DNA from: Somniosus microcephalus
Taxonomy: Eukaryota
Assembly (NCBI GenBank): GCA_052327205.1
Contig: CM126214.1
Location: 176,328,001 to 176,392,000 of the forward strand
DNA: 64,000 nt
Reading direction: 5' to 3'
A program made the translations under genes and the position numbers. Below, in pieces: positions 1-12,300 of this stretch. The stretch's first letter is position 1. Every line of letters begins with the position of its first letter. The notes beneath the pieces are model-generated. The model was not told the DNA's origin. It did not search any database and saw nothing but the letters and a program-made list of their open reading frames with translations.

Positions 1-190
1 ATGTTAGCGGGCACGCAAGGAGATTTCTTTGTTCTTTGAAAAGTGCCATAGGATCCTTAGAATCCACCTCAACAGGCAGATGAGATCAGTGCAACAGCTC
101 ATCCAAAAAAGTAGCACATCCAACAATGCAGCATTCCCTCAATCACTGCACTGAAGTGTCAGCAGCAGATGATGTGCTCAAATATACAAT
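1..190 (-). mobile_element. Degenerate Deu-domain (SacSINE-like) SINE fragment
   Basis: Reverse complement resembles the copies at 18465 and 33715 (gcagcattccctca...tgcactgaagtgtcagc). Confidence 0.6.
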
Positions 191-1918
191 GGAGGATCAA
201 TATTCAAGCTTGCTCCAAATAGAAACCCCAACAGAACACTTTCAGGCCCGAGGGGCCGTATGGCCTACTCCTGCTCCTACTTCTTAACTGGTAAACGCAC
301 TAGCTAGTGTAACAATCCAGCATGGTTTTCAGGGTTGAGACCCCCACTCTGTGCCGGGTTTGCTAATCTCAAGTCAGGATAGTGGCAAGGATGAAACAGT
401 TGGCCTCAGTGCCACACAGGCTAGTGAAGGACAAGGCCAGGGTTCCCTCTCCTGCTGGAAAGTACAAGTGCGAATAGGGTCAGGTTCAGCTGCTGTATAT
501 CAACCCCCACGCCCCCCCCAATCAACCTGCTGGTGTTCATTGCCTAAGCTTACACATAAAGACCAGGTCCTAGGGCCTGAAACCTACTACATTATAAGTC
601 AGCAACTTCATGAGAAAATGAGAAGTGGGGTTGGTGGGGGGGTGGGGGCTTTAAATTGTTTGCCCTCGTGATCCTCATGTTTCCTTTGCATAGACATTTA
701 GACACTAGTACTTCAGTATTCTTACTCTGATCCCTATACCGAACACTGAAACACGTGCCTGCCCACGTGTGTAGCATTGCACAAAAGATTAAGACTGACT
801 TTCTCAAGTTATGCAAAAGTACAGTATTTGTTTTATAACCTAGGTACAATAAATCCTTCCATACCGAGAAAACTTTATTGATAAATGGCAGCTTTTTCCA
901 TCAGTTCAAAACAAGTTTAGTTTACAAGTGCTAGATACAAGTGATCTACGGCCCTCTTTGGCCTGAATGAAGGAACACCAGGAACTGAGAGGTGATGCAA
1001 TTCCTCGAAGAACCTGTGACTAAATCCTTAAATCAATTTGAGCACTGTGCATTATTTCACATTTGTAAATCATTTTTAGTTTGGTTAAGTGTGAAATATT
1101 AATCCAGCTGGTGATTGATTACCAGTCACACCCACCAAATCCATTTCTGATTATTCCAGCTGCACTGATAGTTAAAATAATTGAGTGGTCAGATACTCAA
1201 ACCATCGTGGGAATATCCATAAAATTGTTCAATGGTAGAGAGCAGAACACAGAAAGTGGCTGATTAGAAGTTGGGTAATTAGACTGTACCATCCATAAAG
1301 TCAGGAGTTTTTTGGAACTGTAATGCCTTAAATGCAAGGTGGAGAAGACAAAAAGGTGACTCAGTGTAAAACCAATATCTTTTAACCTATTGGACTGAAA
1401 AGTTCTCTCTGATAGGTGTAGGGGTCCGACGTATAAGGGGTTGAGGCGGTCTCATCCCAGACAGCTCCTAGTGCTTGCAACACAACATAAAATGGTCTAG
1501 AATGTGTCATAAATTGCTAGTTTCATTCAGAAAAGCCAAATGGATAGCTGGTGTAGGAAGTGGAATCATCTGAGGTTTCTATTAAACCATTGGACTAAAG
1601 GAGTTTGATACCCTGCCTCTAGCCTATCCTGTACATGATTTGTCAGAACTTGATTTGAAATCTAGATAGAAAGAAAAATGTAGTTCCTTTTCATGAGCAC
1701 AAAAAAACAAATATTGAACATTAAAATGTGTCAGCTTTGGCTCAGTGGTAGCACTCTTGCACCTCTGAATCAGATAGTTGTGGCCACAAGCCCCATTCCA
1801 GAGACTGGAGGACAAACATCTAGGCTGACACTCTTTCAGTGCTGCACGGTTCGAGGTACAGACTTTTGGATGAGACATTAAACTGTGGCCCCACCTTACC
1901 CTCCCAGGTGGACATAAA

Positions 1919-3705
1919 GGGTCTGATTTTGTGGATTGTGGGGGAAATGGTCGGATTCCCCGAATGTGGGGTTCTGACCCACAAAAAAATGGGTCAGCCA
2001 GCTGCACGCAATTTTCCCTCAAGTGGCCAATTAATTTCCAGCGTGTGGACAGCTAATTGTCCATTTCTAGTCAGAAAGCCCCACAGTATGATGTCATCAT
2101 TCGTGGTGCTTTTAAGGTCCACAGCAAGCATTGCTTCCTCTGTTGGCTTCCAAACGAACCATACAGGATGGCAGAGGAGCCTGCAGCAGCTGTGGCCAGT
2201 GCCAGACCCCGAGCTGCCTCCAAATTCGACGAAGCTTCACTGCAGGCATTATTAGATGGGGTTAGGGCCCACAGGGAGATCCTCTTCCCTAGGTCAGGCA
2301 GGAAGAGGCCTCCCACTGAGACCAAGGCTGCATGGATGCAGCGGTCAGCAGATGTCAACTCGAATGTGCATGTAACCTTGGCATCACATCTCTAACTCCT
2401 TCCTCTACTCCCCCACAGGACCATCCAGAGCCCCCGTCCCCACTGTGTAGGAGGAACAGGCTGTGCAGCCAGACTCCTCAGAGGAAGCTCCAACCTCTGA
2501 GGGCGCAGCGTCAGCAGAAGTAAGCGCACCCAGCACCAGCGCAGACACTCACACCTCGGGGGGACCTTCGGGACATAGAGTAGTGTTGTGAGCTGTGAAA
2601 CACCAGGTGACAAGTGAGCCTCAGCAGATTCTAGAGACAGGGACAGCAGTGGAGAGTCCTCGTCGGAGGGCGCAGGACTCTGCCAGCTCAGCTCAGCTGC
2701 GCTGCATGTCGACCCTCTGCCTTTGGGTCCATCCGCAAAAGAGGTGATGGATCTTCATGCAGATACAGGAGTCTCTGGCAGGTTTTGTCTCCAGGGTCGC
2801 TGCGAGTGTGGAGCGAATGGAGGAGTCCATAGCGACCATGAGCAGAGCCTTTGTGGAATCATTGGCGCATGAATGCATCACCATGGAAAGGTTGGCAACC
2901 TCCATGGAGGAGATAAATCGCCAGGGTACGGAAAACATGGTGAGTGCTCATAAGAGAATGACATCTCTTGAGGAGCGTTGGCCATCTATTGAACAGAGAA
3001 ACCAGACCTTCATGGAAGTCCTTCTGAGTAGGACTGCCAGTGCAGAAACGGGTCCTCATGGCCCCCTAAAGCACAGCAAGGTGCTCTCAAGCCACTTCCA
3101 AGCGCTGGCCCCTTCTGGCCTCTGCAGCTTCAGGTGAGTGAGCAGCAGCCTGGTGCTCCTGGTGCTCATCCTGCTGTTCCCGCCTCTGCTGCTGGAGATC
3201 CTCTAATGGCAAGAAGGGAAGGAAAAAAAGGCGTCCCATGCTTCTCGTAGATGCCTCCGCTGAGGAAGCGCTGAGTGAGGGTGGCGAGAGGGGCTTCCCA
3301 GGAGATCACATTGGAGAAGTGTGTGAGGCTCCAACCTTCCACAGCTGTGCCTAAGCCTTGAAGAAGTAGCCCCAAGCCTGCAACAACAAGGTCCTTCAAC
3401 ATACAAATGCTCTCCGATTAAATCGCAGCTTTCCCGAATGACCTGCAGCTGACAGCAAGCAAGCCGGCAAGCTTCACGCCAGGTTTCATCAGCGGGGATC
3501 CCCGCAGGCATGTTTAGCGTGGGGAACCCTTGAAAATAGCAAGGGCCCCTTAAAATGGCATTAAACACGCAGAGAAACGGCGGTCCGAAAGTCGGACGGG
3601 GCGGGGAATCAGGCGGGTGGGGGGGGGTCGCGACCCCCTATTTCTGTGAATTTCAGCCCCATCCCGCCTGAAAACCCGCCCGGCGGCTGGCAGAAAATCG
3701 GGGCC
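1919..3705 (+). mobile_element. Non-autonomous PIF/Harbinger DNA transposon carrying a decayed Myb/SANT-like ORF
   Basis: 12-bp imperfect TIRs gggtctgatttt / aaaatcggggcc; 3-bp AAA duplication. ORF from 2168 reads KFDEASLQALLDGVRAHREILFP...TKAAW (Myb/SANT-like); coiled-coil-like ORF at 2757-3137. No DDE transposase seen. Confidence 0.75.
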
Positions 3706-3794
3706 AAAAGATCCCACAGCACTATTTGAAGAAGAACAGGGGAGTTCTCCGGGTGTCCCATCCAATATTTATTGCTCAACCACCATCTAAAAAC

Positions 3795-4183
3795 CGGGCA
3801 GCACGGTGGCATAGTGGTTAGCACTATTGCCTCACAGCGCCAGGGACCCGGGTTCAAATCCAGCCTCGGGTGACTGTCTGTGTGGAGTTTGCACATTCTC
3901 CCCGTGTTTGCGTGGGTTTTCTCCGGGTGCTCCGGTTTCCTCCCACAGTCCAAAAGATGTGCGGGTTAGGTTGATTGGCCATGATTAAAAAAAAAAATTG
4001 GCCCTTAGTGTTAGGGGGGATTAAATACGTGGGGTTACGGGGATAGGGCTTGGGTGGGATGGCTGTCGGTGTAGGGACCGGGTGCTAGGGTTTGGATGAT
4101 CAGCCATGATCTCGTTGAATGGCGGAGCAGGCTCGAAGGGCCGAATGGCCTACTCCTGCTCCTATCTTCTATGTTTCTATGTT
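3795..4183 (+). mobile_element. tRNA-derived V-SINE (HE1-like) with a CR1-derived 3' tail
   Basis: A box tggcatagtgg, B box ggttcaaatcc, V-domain tgtgtggagtttgcacattctccccgtg...ccggtttcctcccacagtcc. Tail is nearly identical to the CR1 tail at 5442-5539. Confidence 0.85.
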
Positions 4184-4754
4184 AATTGGTGATTAGGGTC
4201 CCGACGGCCAGTCCCGCCAGCGGCGGGCGGGACTGAAGCGGGTCGCAGAGAAACAGTGGTCCGAAAGTCGGACGGGGCGGGGAATCAGGCGGGGGGGGGG
4301 GGGGTCGCGACCCCCTATTTCTGCAAATTTCGGCCCCATCCCGCCTGAAAACCCGCCCGACGGCTGGCAGAAAATCGGGGCCAAAAGATCCCACAGCACT
4401 ATTTGAAGAAGAACAGGGGAGTTCTCCGGGTGTCCCATCCAATATTTATCGCTCAACCACCATCTAAAAACAGATTATTTGGTCATTTATTTTGTTGCCG
4501 ATTATGGAAGTTTGCTGCGTTTCCTACATTAAAACAGTGACTACACTTCAAAAAGTACTTCATTGGCTGTAAAGCACTTTTGGGCATCTTCAGGTCATGA
4601 AATGCGCTATATAAATGCAAGTTCTTTCTTTCTTAAATCACTATGCACGTTTTTTTTTTTTTTTAAATAATCTTTAATTTTTAAAAAACAATCAATTAGC
4701 CTCTATCCACAGAGAACCAATTTTTATTAGCAGGAACTTTGAGATTATTGTAAA

Positions 4755-5539
4755 TGAAAGGCAGATTATTATTTGAATGGCAATAGATTGAGAGAAGGGG
4801 AAGTGCAAAGAGACCTGGGTGTCCTTGTGCACCAGTCGCTGAAGCTAAGCATGCAGGTGCAGCAGGCGGTTAAGAAGGCAAATGGTATGTTGGCCTTCGT
4901 AGCAAGAGGGTTCGAGTACAGGAACAAGGATGTCTTGCTACAGTTGTTCAGGGCCTTGGTGAGACCGCACCTTGAGTATTGTGTGCAGTTTTGGTCACCT
5001 TACCTGAGGAAGGACGTTCTTGCCATGGAGGGAGTGCAGCGAAGATTCACCAGGCTGATACCTGGGATAGCAGGAATGACGTATGAGGAGAGATTGTGTC
5101 GATTGGGCTTATACTCACTGGAGTTTAGAAGATTGAGAGGGGATCTCATCGAAACCTATAAAATTCTGTCAGGTCTGGACAGACTAGATGCAGGAAGGAT
5201 GTTCCCGATGGCGGGGGAGTCCAGAACCAGGGGGTCATAGTCTAAGGATAAGGGGTAAGCCATTTAGGACTGAAATGAGGAGGAATTTCTTCACCCAGAG
5301 AGTGGTGAACCTGTGGAATTCTCTGCCACAGAGGGCGGTGGAGGCCAGTTCATTAAATATATTCAAGAAAGAGTTGGATATATTTCTTAAGGCTAAAGGG
5401 ATCAAGGGATATGGGGAGAAGGCAGGGACAGGGTACTGAAATTGGATGATCAGCCATGATCTCATTGAATGGCAGAGCAGGCTCGAAGGGCCGAATGGCC
5501 TACTCCTGCTCCTATCTTCTATGTTTCCATGTTTCTATG
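4755..5539 (+). mobile_element. CR1-clade LINE, 5'-truncated (ORF2 C-terminus and 3' tail)
   Basis: RDLGV...[20 protein letters not shown]...RRLRGDLIETYKI...[16 protein letters not shown]; (ctatgttt)n tail; one premature stop. Confidence 0.9.
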
Positions 5540-6299
5540 AAATCTGGTTAGTTGATTTTAACCACACATTGGTTCATTCAAAATCTTTGCATATTATTAA
5601 ACCCAGAGTAAGCCCTTTTAAATCAGTACTGGATAAATACTTTACCAGGTTAATCAGAGTTCTGCTAATTCTGGTACTTCAAATCATTCTGCTGTGAGGA
5701 TTGTAAAGAGTCTATTCAAACCAACGCAAAGACAATTCATTTTTTTGTTTTAAAACCAGATGGACCACAGAGGTTGTCCAACAATATTACTGATATATTG
5801 AATAACAATTTTTCTAGGTTTGGGCTGATGTCATTTCATTTTTGTTCTCCAAACCCTTGATATAAATAAGATAGTGCAACACAACTGCATTACAAGAATC
5901 CTTTCACAAATGTAATAGATCCACAGCTCAATGGAATTGTAGAAAGAGCTTTAACAACAGATCAGCACCAGGGGTAGTGTAATCACTGAAAAGCGGTTTT
6001 GCCATTTTGCCATTTGCCAAGGGACTGCAAGTTAATCAAGAGTTGTGCATTTAACAAAAGGTTGTAAATGAAACTCCAAATATGCATTTCTTTGTTAATT
6101 ACTACCCAAATATACCGTTGTACACCAATTCCCATAAATATCTATATGCCAGATCTGTAGTGATTTGCAGGGAGGAGATGGAATTAAATGCTAACAGGTA
6201 TAACAATGATCTAGAAATCTCATTCACAATTGTAGCTCTTTTTTGGCTCTCTAAGCTTACTACAAACCCTGGTAGTACAGCCACTGGTGCATTACTTAC

Positions 6300-6384
6300 A
6301 GCAGGTAGCAACGACTGCATGTTTTGGTTGGAATCTGCTATTGTTGCCAGGTAAACCAAATTTCTGTGCAGCATTTGTTGGTAT
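6300..6384 (-). CDS. SS18L1: SS18L1 coding exon 3 (85 nt)
   Basis: ttcttag|A TAC...GCT|gtaagt; YQQMLHRNLVYLATIADSNQNMQSLLPA (within ORF 6102..6374). Confidence 0.92.
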
Positions 6385-9300
6385 CTAAGAAATGGAAGAA
6401 CACAGGGAAAAGGTTTTTTTTAATTCATGGAGGAATGCATGTAATGTAAATCTTTGCAATAATGATAAGAATGGTAATGAGAAACTCACATGTCTTCTCA
6501 TTGGTTGGGTCTGGCCCTGACATACAGAAGTGTATCTGAAAAGAAACCGCTTATGACTGCTTTCAGGCGGCCTCCTAATACAGGATCAATTTGAGTCATT
6601 AATTTATAGCTCAAATAGACATTAGAAGTGGCTTTTAGCACCCTTCCCAGTCAGATTCGAAATGTGGCTGTAGATGGCAGTCCCACATAGATCACTTATG
6701 TGAATGCATTATTAAGTAACCATTTTTTCTACTCCATATTTTATTTCATTCAATGGACCTACACTTGAGTGAATTATTTGGTAATAAATATAGTAAAACA
6801 AATGAATCAGATATGGTGAATTACAGGGCGACATATCAGGAAAATGGTTTAATTTTCAAGTTGACCAAAACAAACTAAAGTTAAAAGTTGACAATACCAA
6901 ATATGTCCAAGAGCTGAACTAATCTATGGTCATGTGCTGAGTTAGTCACCAATTCCAGTAACAGGATACAAAATTAAAAAATGTCATCTGCATTTTCCCA
7001 ACCCTCTTCTTGCCCAACTCTCACTAAATTGGCCTCTGGGTATAAAATAGAGAAGGTTAAATGACTGGTCTAAGGAGCTAGCACTGAACAGTGATACAAA
7101 GACCCTTGTCCTCTGACACCAGGTAGATATATAGACATGATGATCATAATACCAAGTTGGCAAGTTGGAATGTGAACATCTTTATACAAATTAGATGTAT
7201 TCAGACAACACAAGGCATCCAATATTTTACATTCTAAACAAGGGTGCGGCTCAAAGGCCAGCAAATAAAGAACAGCAGCCATCTTTTGCCAGTACTTTGC
7301 CTCAATGAAGCAGCTTGTAGTGAATCACCCACCAGCTACCCAAGATACTGGCAAGAACAAGCTACAGAAAGGAACGGTAATGTCAACTTTAGAAATCATC
7401 TTTTTAGCTGTCATTATAGTTTATTGCTTCCAATGAATTTCTGGGGTCCATTGCAGAACATTTTGGTGAGTCCCATCCTTTAAGGCCCCTGGGGACATTT
7501 CCTAATATACCTTCTCCAGTTGCTCTTTCCTGCCAACAGAAGGTTAATGGCTTCATCAAGTAAAATGACCGTTAGTGTTGGGAAGTCCAAATTTTGCTTC
7601 ACAAGAGTACTTGGTTTTGATATAATTAAGAAGCATACTCCTGCTTAATGTTAAGACTAGTTTCTCCGCTCCCCTTCCCATTCTAAAAAAAAGTCCTTAA
7701 ATTTGACACTAAATTTGTTACAGTAAAGTTAACAATGATTGCAGCAGTTTTCTTCCAGGGACCTGTGTTCTATGTATCGATATTAGATTTAATTGGTGAT
7801 TTCCCTTTTCATGTAAACCATTACATTCATCAGATCTCATGGTCCAAAAGGGAGCCAAGGCTTGGATGAACTTCTATGACAGATACACCTTCTCCACAGG
7901 ATGTCCTTTGTACATAGCAGCATGTCCCAGGAGATAAGAAGCCCTGAGCTGTGCCAAAATGAGGAACAACGATTGTAGCAGATGGTAGAGCAACAGGGCA
8001 AATCCTGCTCAGCGACTGCATAGGCTAGTGACTACACACAAGGTTGCCCAATGACAACCTCCACTAAGCCAGGAAGAGCGCACTTCCATGACTATTACCT
8101 GGGCAGAATTTGAGCCATAAACAGAAATGGAACAAGAAGATGGAATACAAGGACCAACCAGAAGCCAAGGACTTGAGACTATAGTGTTACAAACTAGGCT
8201 TTAAAATAAACAACTAAATCAATTGATAGATGTGTGTCTTATTTAAGAATGGCTGAGAGTAGAGGAGAACTGCTCACAAAATTCAGAGTAAATGGGAAGC
8301 TTTGTGAATGGAGCCTCAAACTATCAGTTGTGAGAAGGCAAGTCACAAATTCAAATCAATTCTACAAATTCATTCTTACTACTTATTGTACTTTTGTATA
8401 TAATTTGAGATTAACTTTTTCTACATTAAGTGGTGAAAAATTAAGTAACTCTTATAATATCTATCTCATTAAAAACTTACAAGCTTGTGGTGTGAAAATA
8501 GTAAAAGGACCTGTGGTAACTTTTCAGATTTGATTCTGCCATATTTATCCCTCAATCAACATAACAAAAAACAGGTTATCTGGTCATTATCACATTGCTG
8601 TTTGTGGGAGCTTGCCGAGTACAAATTGGCTGCCGCGTTTCCTACATTGCAACAGTGACTACACTTCAAAAATGTACTTCATTGGCTGTAAAGCACTTTA
8701 TTTCATCCGGTGGTCATGAAAGGCACTACAGAGATGCAAGTCTTTCTTTTACAAGTACTCGCTGCATTTTAATAATGTACATTATGATTTTTCATTTGAC
8801 TTTATGTTAGTTTTAATGCTGTTTCACGGTCTTACAGTCTTCACTCAAATCAGCCAGGAGCCTAGGACAAAATATTTTGCAGACATTCCTATGGGTTATA
8901 TCAGCCACTATCAATGACTAGAAGATATACATAGATACATAGAAGATAGGAGTAGGCCATTCGGCCCTTCGTGCCTGCTCCGCCATTCAATGAGATCATG
9001 GCTGATCCTTTAATTCAGTATCCCGTCCCCGCCTTCTCTCCGTAACCCTTAACCCCTTTTGCCCGTAGAAATATATCTAATTCCCTCTTAAATATATTTA
9101 ATGAGCTGGCGTACACTGCCCTCTGTGGCAATGAGTTCCACAGGTTCACCACTCTCTGAGTGAAGAAATTCCCCCTCATCTCTGTCCTAAATGGTTTAGC
9201 CCTTATCCTTAAATTATGTCCTCTAGTTCTGTTCTCACCCGCCAAGGGAAACATTCCTTCTGCATCCAGTCTGTCTAGACCTGTCAGAATTTTATACACT

Positions 9301-12300
9301 TCTATGAGGTCCCCTCTCAATCTTCTAAACTCCAGTGTGTACATCCCTAAACTACATAGTCTCTCCTCATAGGTCATTCCCGCCATTCCTGGTATCAGCC
9401 TGGTGAATCGCCGCTGCACCCCCTCCATGGCAAGAACATCCTTCCTCAGATGAGGCGACCAAAACTGTACACAGTACTCGAGGTGTGGTCTCACCAGTGC
9501 CCTGTACAGCTGCAGCAAGGTATCCCTGTTCCTGTATTCTAACCCTTTTGCTATGAAGGCCAGCACTGTAGTATCTGGCAGATCTACCACTTAGATTCCA
9601 GCCACCCTTTCAACACAAGGCACTTCATCTTCTGAGCTAGCTATGTATGAATTTACAAACATCTCACCTATAGCGAGTGCCCATGCCCATTGCAGTGCAG
9701 CTTGAAATCTGAGACTAGAGCATCTGAAAATGTAGAATTCATTTTAAATATAGTTACTGACCTACAGTTATAAAGTTGGCACTAGGCATACTAAAAGGGA
9801 AAAGTCCAGGGAGTAATCCCACCTCCCCAATATTACAGAGCAAGATAATATAATAGACCAGCATTATTTTGTTTGATGCATCGAATGGTTTAGCAGCACA
9901 GAAACTCTCAAATCAAGTCCTCCTCCTTGGGCCCCTTCCCCAGGCTAGGCTGTGCCAGTGACATCACTGATAACAAGGAGCATCAAAATGGCTTGTGAGC
10001 TACAATGAACCCAGCTGATTTCCCAAACAAGTACAGGTTCCTGGATCAGCTGACTCCCCGAGCAGTTCCTGCTTGCTCCCTGCTGTTTCCTTTTAGACCA
10101 CTCTAGAAGACGAGATGCACTCCATTGGCAATGTTATCCATAGCAGTAAGAAAATATTACATTTTTACTAAAATGGGAAAAAAAATCTACTGAGTCCATC
10201 ATAATAATTTACTGCAATAATGAGGATGTACTTTGATGAAGAAGTACTTCCCCAGACTTTCCTTCCCCTTAAATCATTTAAGGTCTGGTAACGATATGTG
10301 CAACATTGCACATCATCCAATACGGTTAGTACTCAAGGAATTACTCCCCAGCTGAAGGTGCTACTCTCTGATAAATGCTCTGACAGCTGTCACTCCCATT
10401 ATTTCATTAACTCTTGCTTCTGGTGTGGTGGGGGAGGGAAAGACAGAAAATTGGATCATCGGAGTGGCTAGGTTGGACAGAATAAAAACTAAAATACGAA
10501 GAACTAATATGATAGTCCTCTCCCACTTTTAATGTGGGAGAGAAGGAACAACCAGGAAAGAAATAAAGAACAGAAAAAATTACAAAGAAATAAATCAAAC
10601 AGAGAAAAAGATATTCAAGTTGGCAAATATAATAGAGGGCAAGTAAAAAAGGGGTGATCTAATTGAGGTGTTTAAGATGATTAAAGGAATTGATAGGATA
10701 AATAGAAACTATTTCCTCTGATGGGAGAGTCCAGAACAAGGGGGCATAACCTTAAAGTTAGAGCTAGGCCCTTCAGGGGTGATGTCAGAAAGCACTTCAC
10801 CCAAAACGGTAGTAGAAATCTGGAACTCCCTCCCCCAAAAAACTGTTGAGGCTGGGGGTCAATTGAAAATGTCAAAGCTGAGTTTTGTGTTAGGCAATGG
10901 TATTAAGAGTTAGGGAACCAAGTCTGGTAGATGGAGTTAAGCTACAGATCAGCCATGATCTAATTGAATGGCGGAACAGGCTCGAGGGGCTACTCCTGTC
11001 CCTATAAATAAATAAATACTTTGGGGGTTAGTTGAACTTCACATGCTGGGCAATGATACCCACCATCACATTTTACCAAAACCCTGATTTATGTTTATTG
11101 AATTTTAAACACCCAAAAATACCAGATATTACATTCAGTGAATAAAAGATCTGTTATTTAGTAATGCTGAGGGTCTGTCACCTGACCTTCAAGTTCAAGA
11201 TCATTAAGCTGGCAATACCATTTTCTGCACGTCACCAAGTGCTATTGACATCAGTAAAACCTTTGAATCAAAGAAAGCTCCTGCAATGGCAAGAAAAATT
11301 ATTGGAACGAAAAATTATTACCTGATGTAATAATCAGCCATGATCCTATTGAATGGCGGAGCAGGCCAGAGGGGCTGTATGGCCCACTCCTGCTCCTACT
11401 TCTTATGTTATGTTATGTAAATGTATTAATAAAGCGAATTTATGGTGGTAAATCAGTTATGTCATCTGAACCCAGTGATTTCATTAACGTCACTGGAGTA
11501 TCTATTATCCACCATACAAATACAAAAAGTCAGCACACACCAAATTTACAACATTCAACTGGATAAGATTGGCCTGGTTACATCACTGTCCATGATGCAC
11601 CATTATTTTACCCCATGGACAATGCACACTTCCAAATGTCAGCAACATTCTACCAAACTAAAGGCAACACAAGAATATAAATCATAAACAAGATTCCCCC
11701 ATCAAAACTAATGTGTTGAAGAAAACCAAATTCCAACACACTATGCATTAACTCAACCATAATACATTAGTGTAAATAGCCTAATTACCTTTATAATTTG
11801 TTCATAATCAGTTGTACAACAGTTTCAATTTCACACGGTTGAGAAAACCAATAAAGACATTTTTTTTGGATTGCATTTTGTAGAATATAATGATCAGCTG
11901 GTTGTGTTTTTTTATGGAAATATAGTTCAGGTCTGCTGCTGGCTCATCCCTGCCCAGTGGAAATTGCAAACTGCTCTACAGTTTATTCTACTATCACAGA
12001 ACATTGTACCATGCCTACAATTTGTATGTCTTTACAAAATAAAAAGGTGAAATTATTTTTGAAACCAAAGGCTGCATTTAGGCAATGCAGGTCTTGTATT
12101 AGTGACCAAATCAGCACTAGTGAAAGTCCAGCATAATGATTACCTGTAATAGTCTGCCATTATTCAAAAAGGTACCGAATAATACATATTAGGGAGGGAG
12201 GTTCAATGGTACAAGTCAATCATGGGATTCAGACAGCACCGCAAACCACAAAGCAAAGTGTGAGTAGGTTATACAATCAGCAGAACCCAAAGACTATTAC

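Larger units (their letters stand above)
1731..4632 (+). mobile_element. Deu-domain SINE (SacSINE/AmnSINE-like) split by nested insertions: pieces 1731-1918, 3706-3794 and 4383-4632
   Basis: tRNA-like head tggctcagtggtagcactc. The body aggtggacataaa|agatcccacagcactatttgaagaag resumes after the Harbinger. Tail ...aagtacttcattggctgtaaagcac...tataaatgcaagtt. Confidence 0.75.

Noticed and set aside
3795-3870. tRNA gene (A and B boxes)
   Set aside because: Head of a tRNA-derived SINE, continuing directly into the V-domain. The same applies at 1731, 18462, 26433 and 33704.
1-6299. SS18L1 exon 4 or later
   Set aside because: No PPTQN-like or QPGY-rich exon found by eye; presumably lies left of the window.
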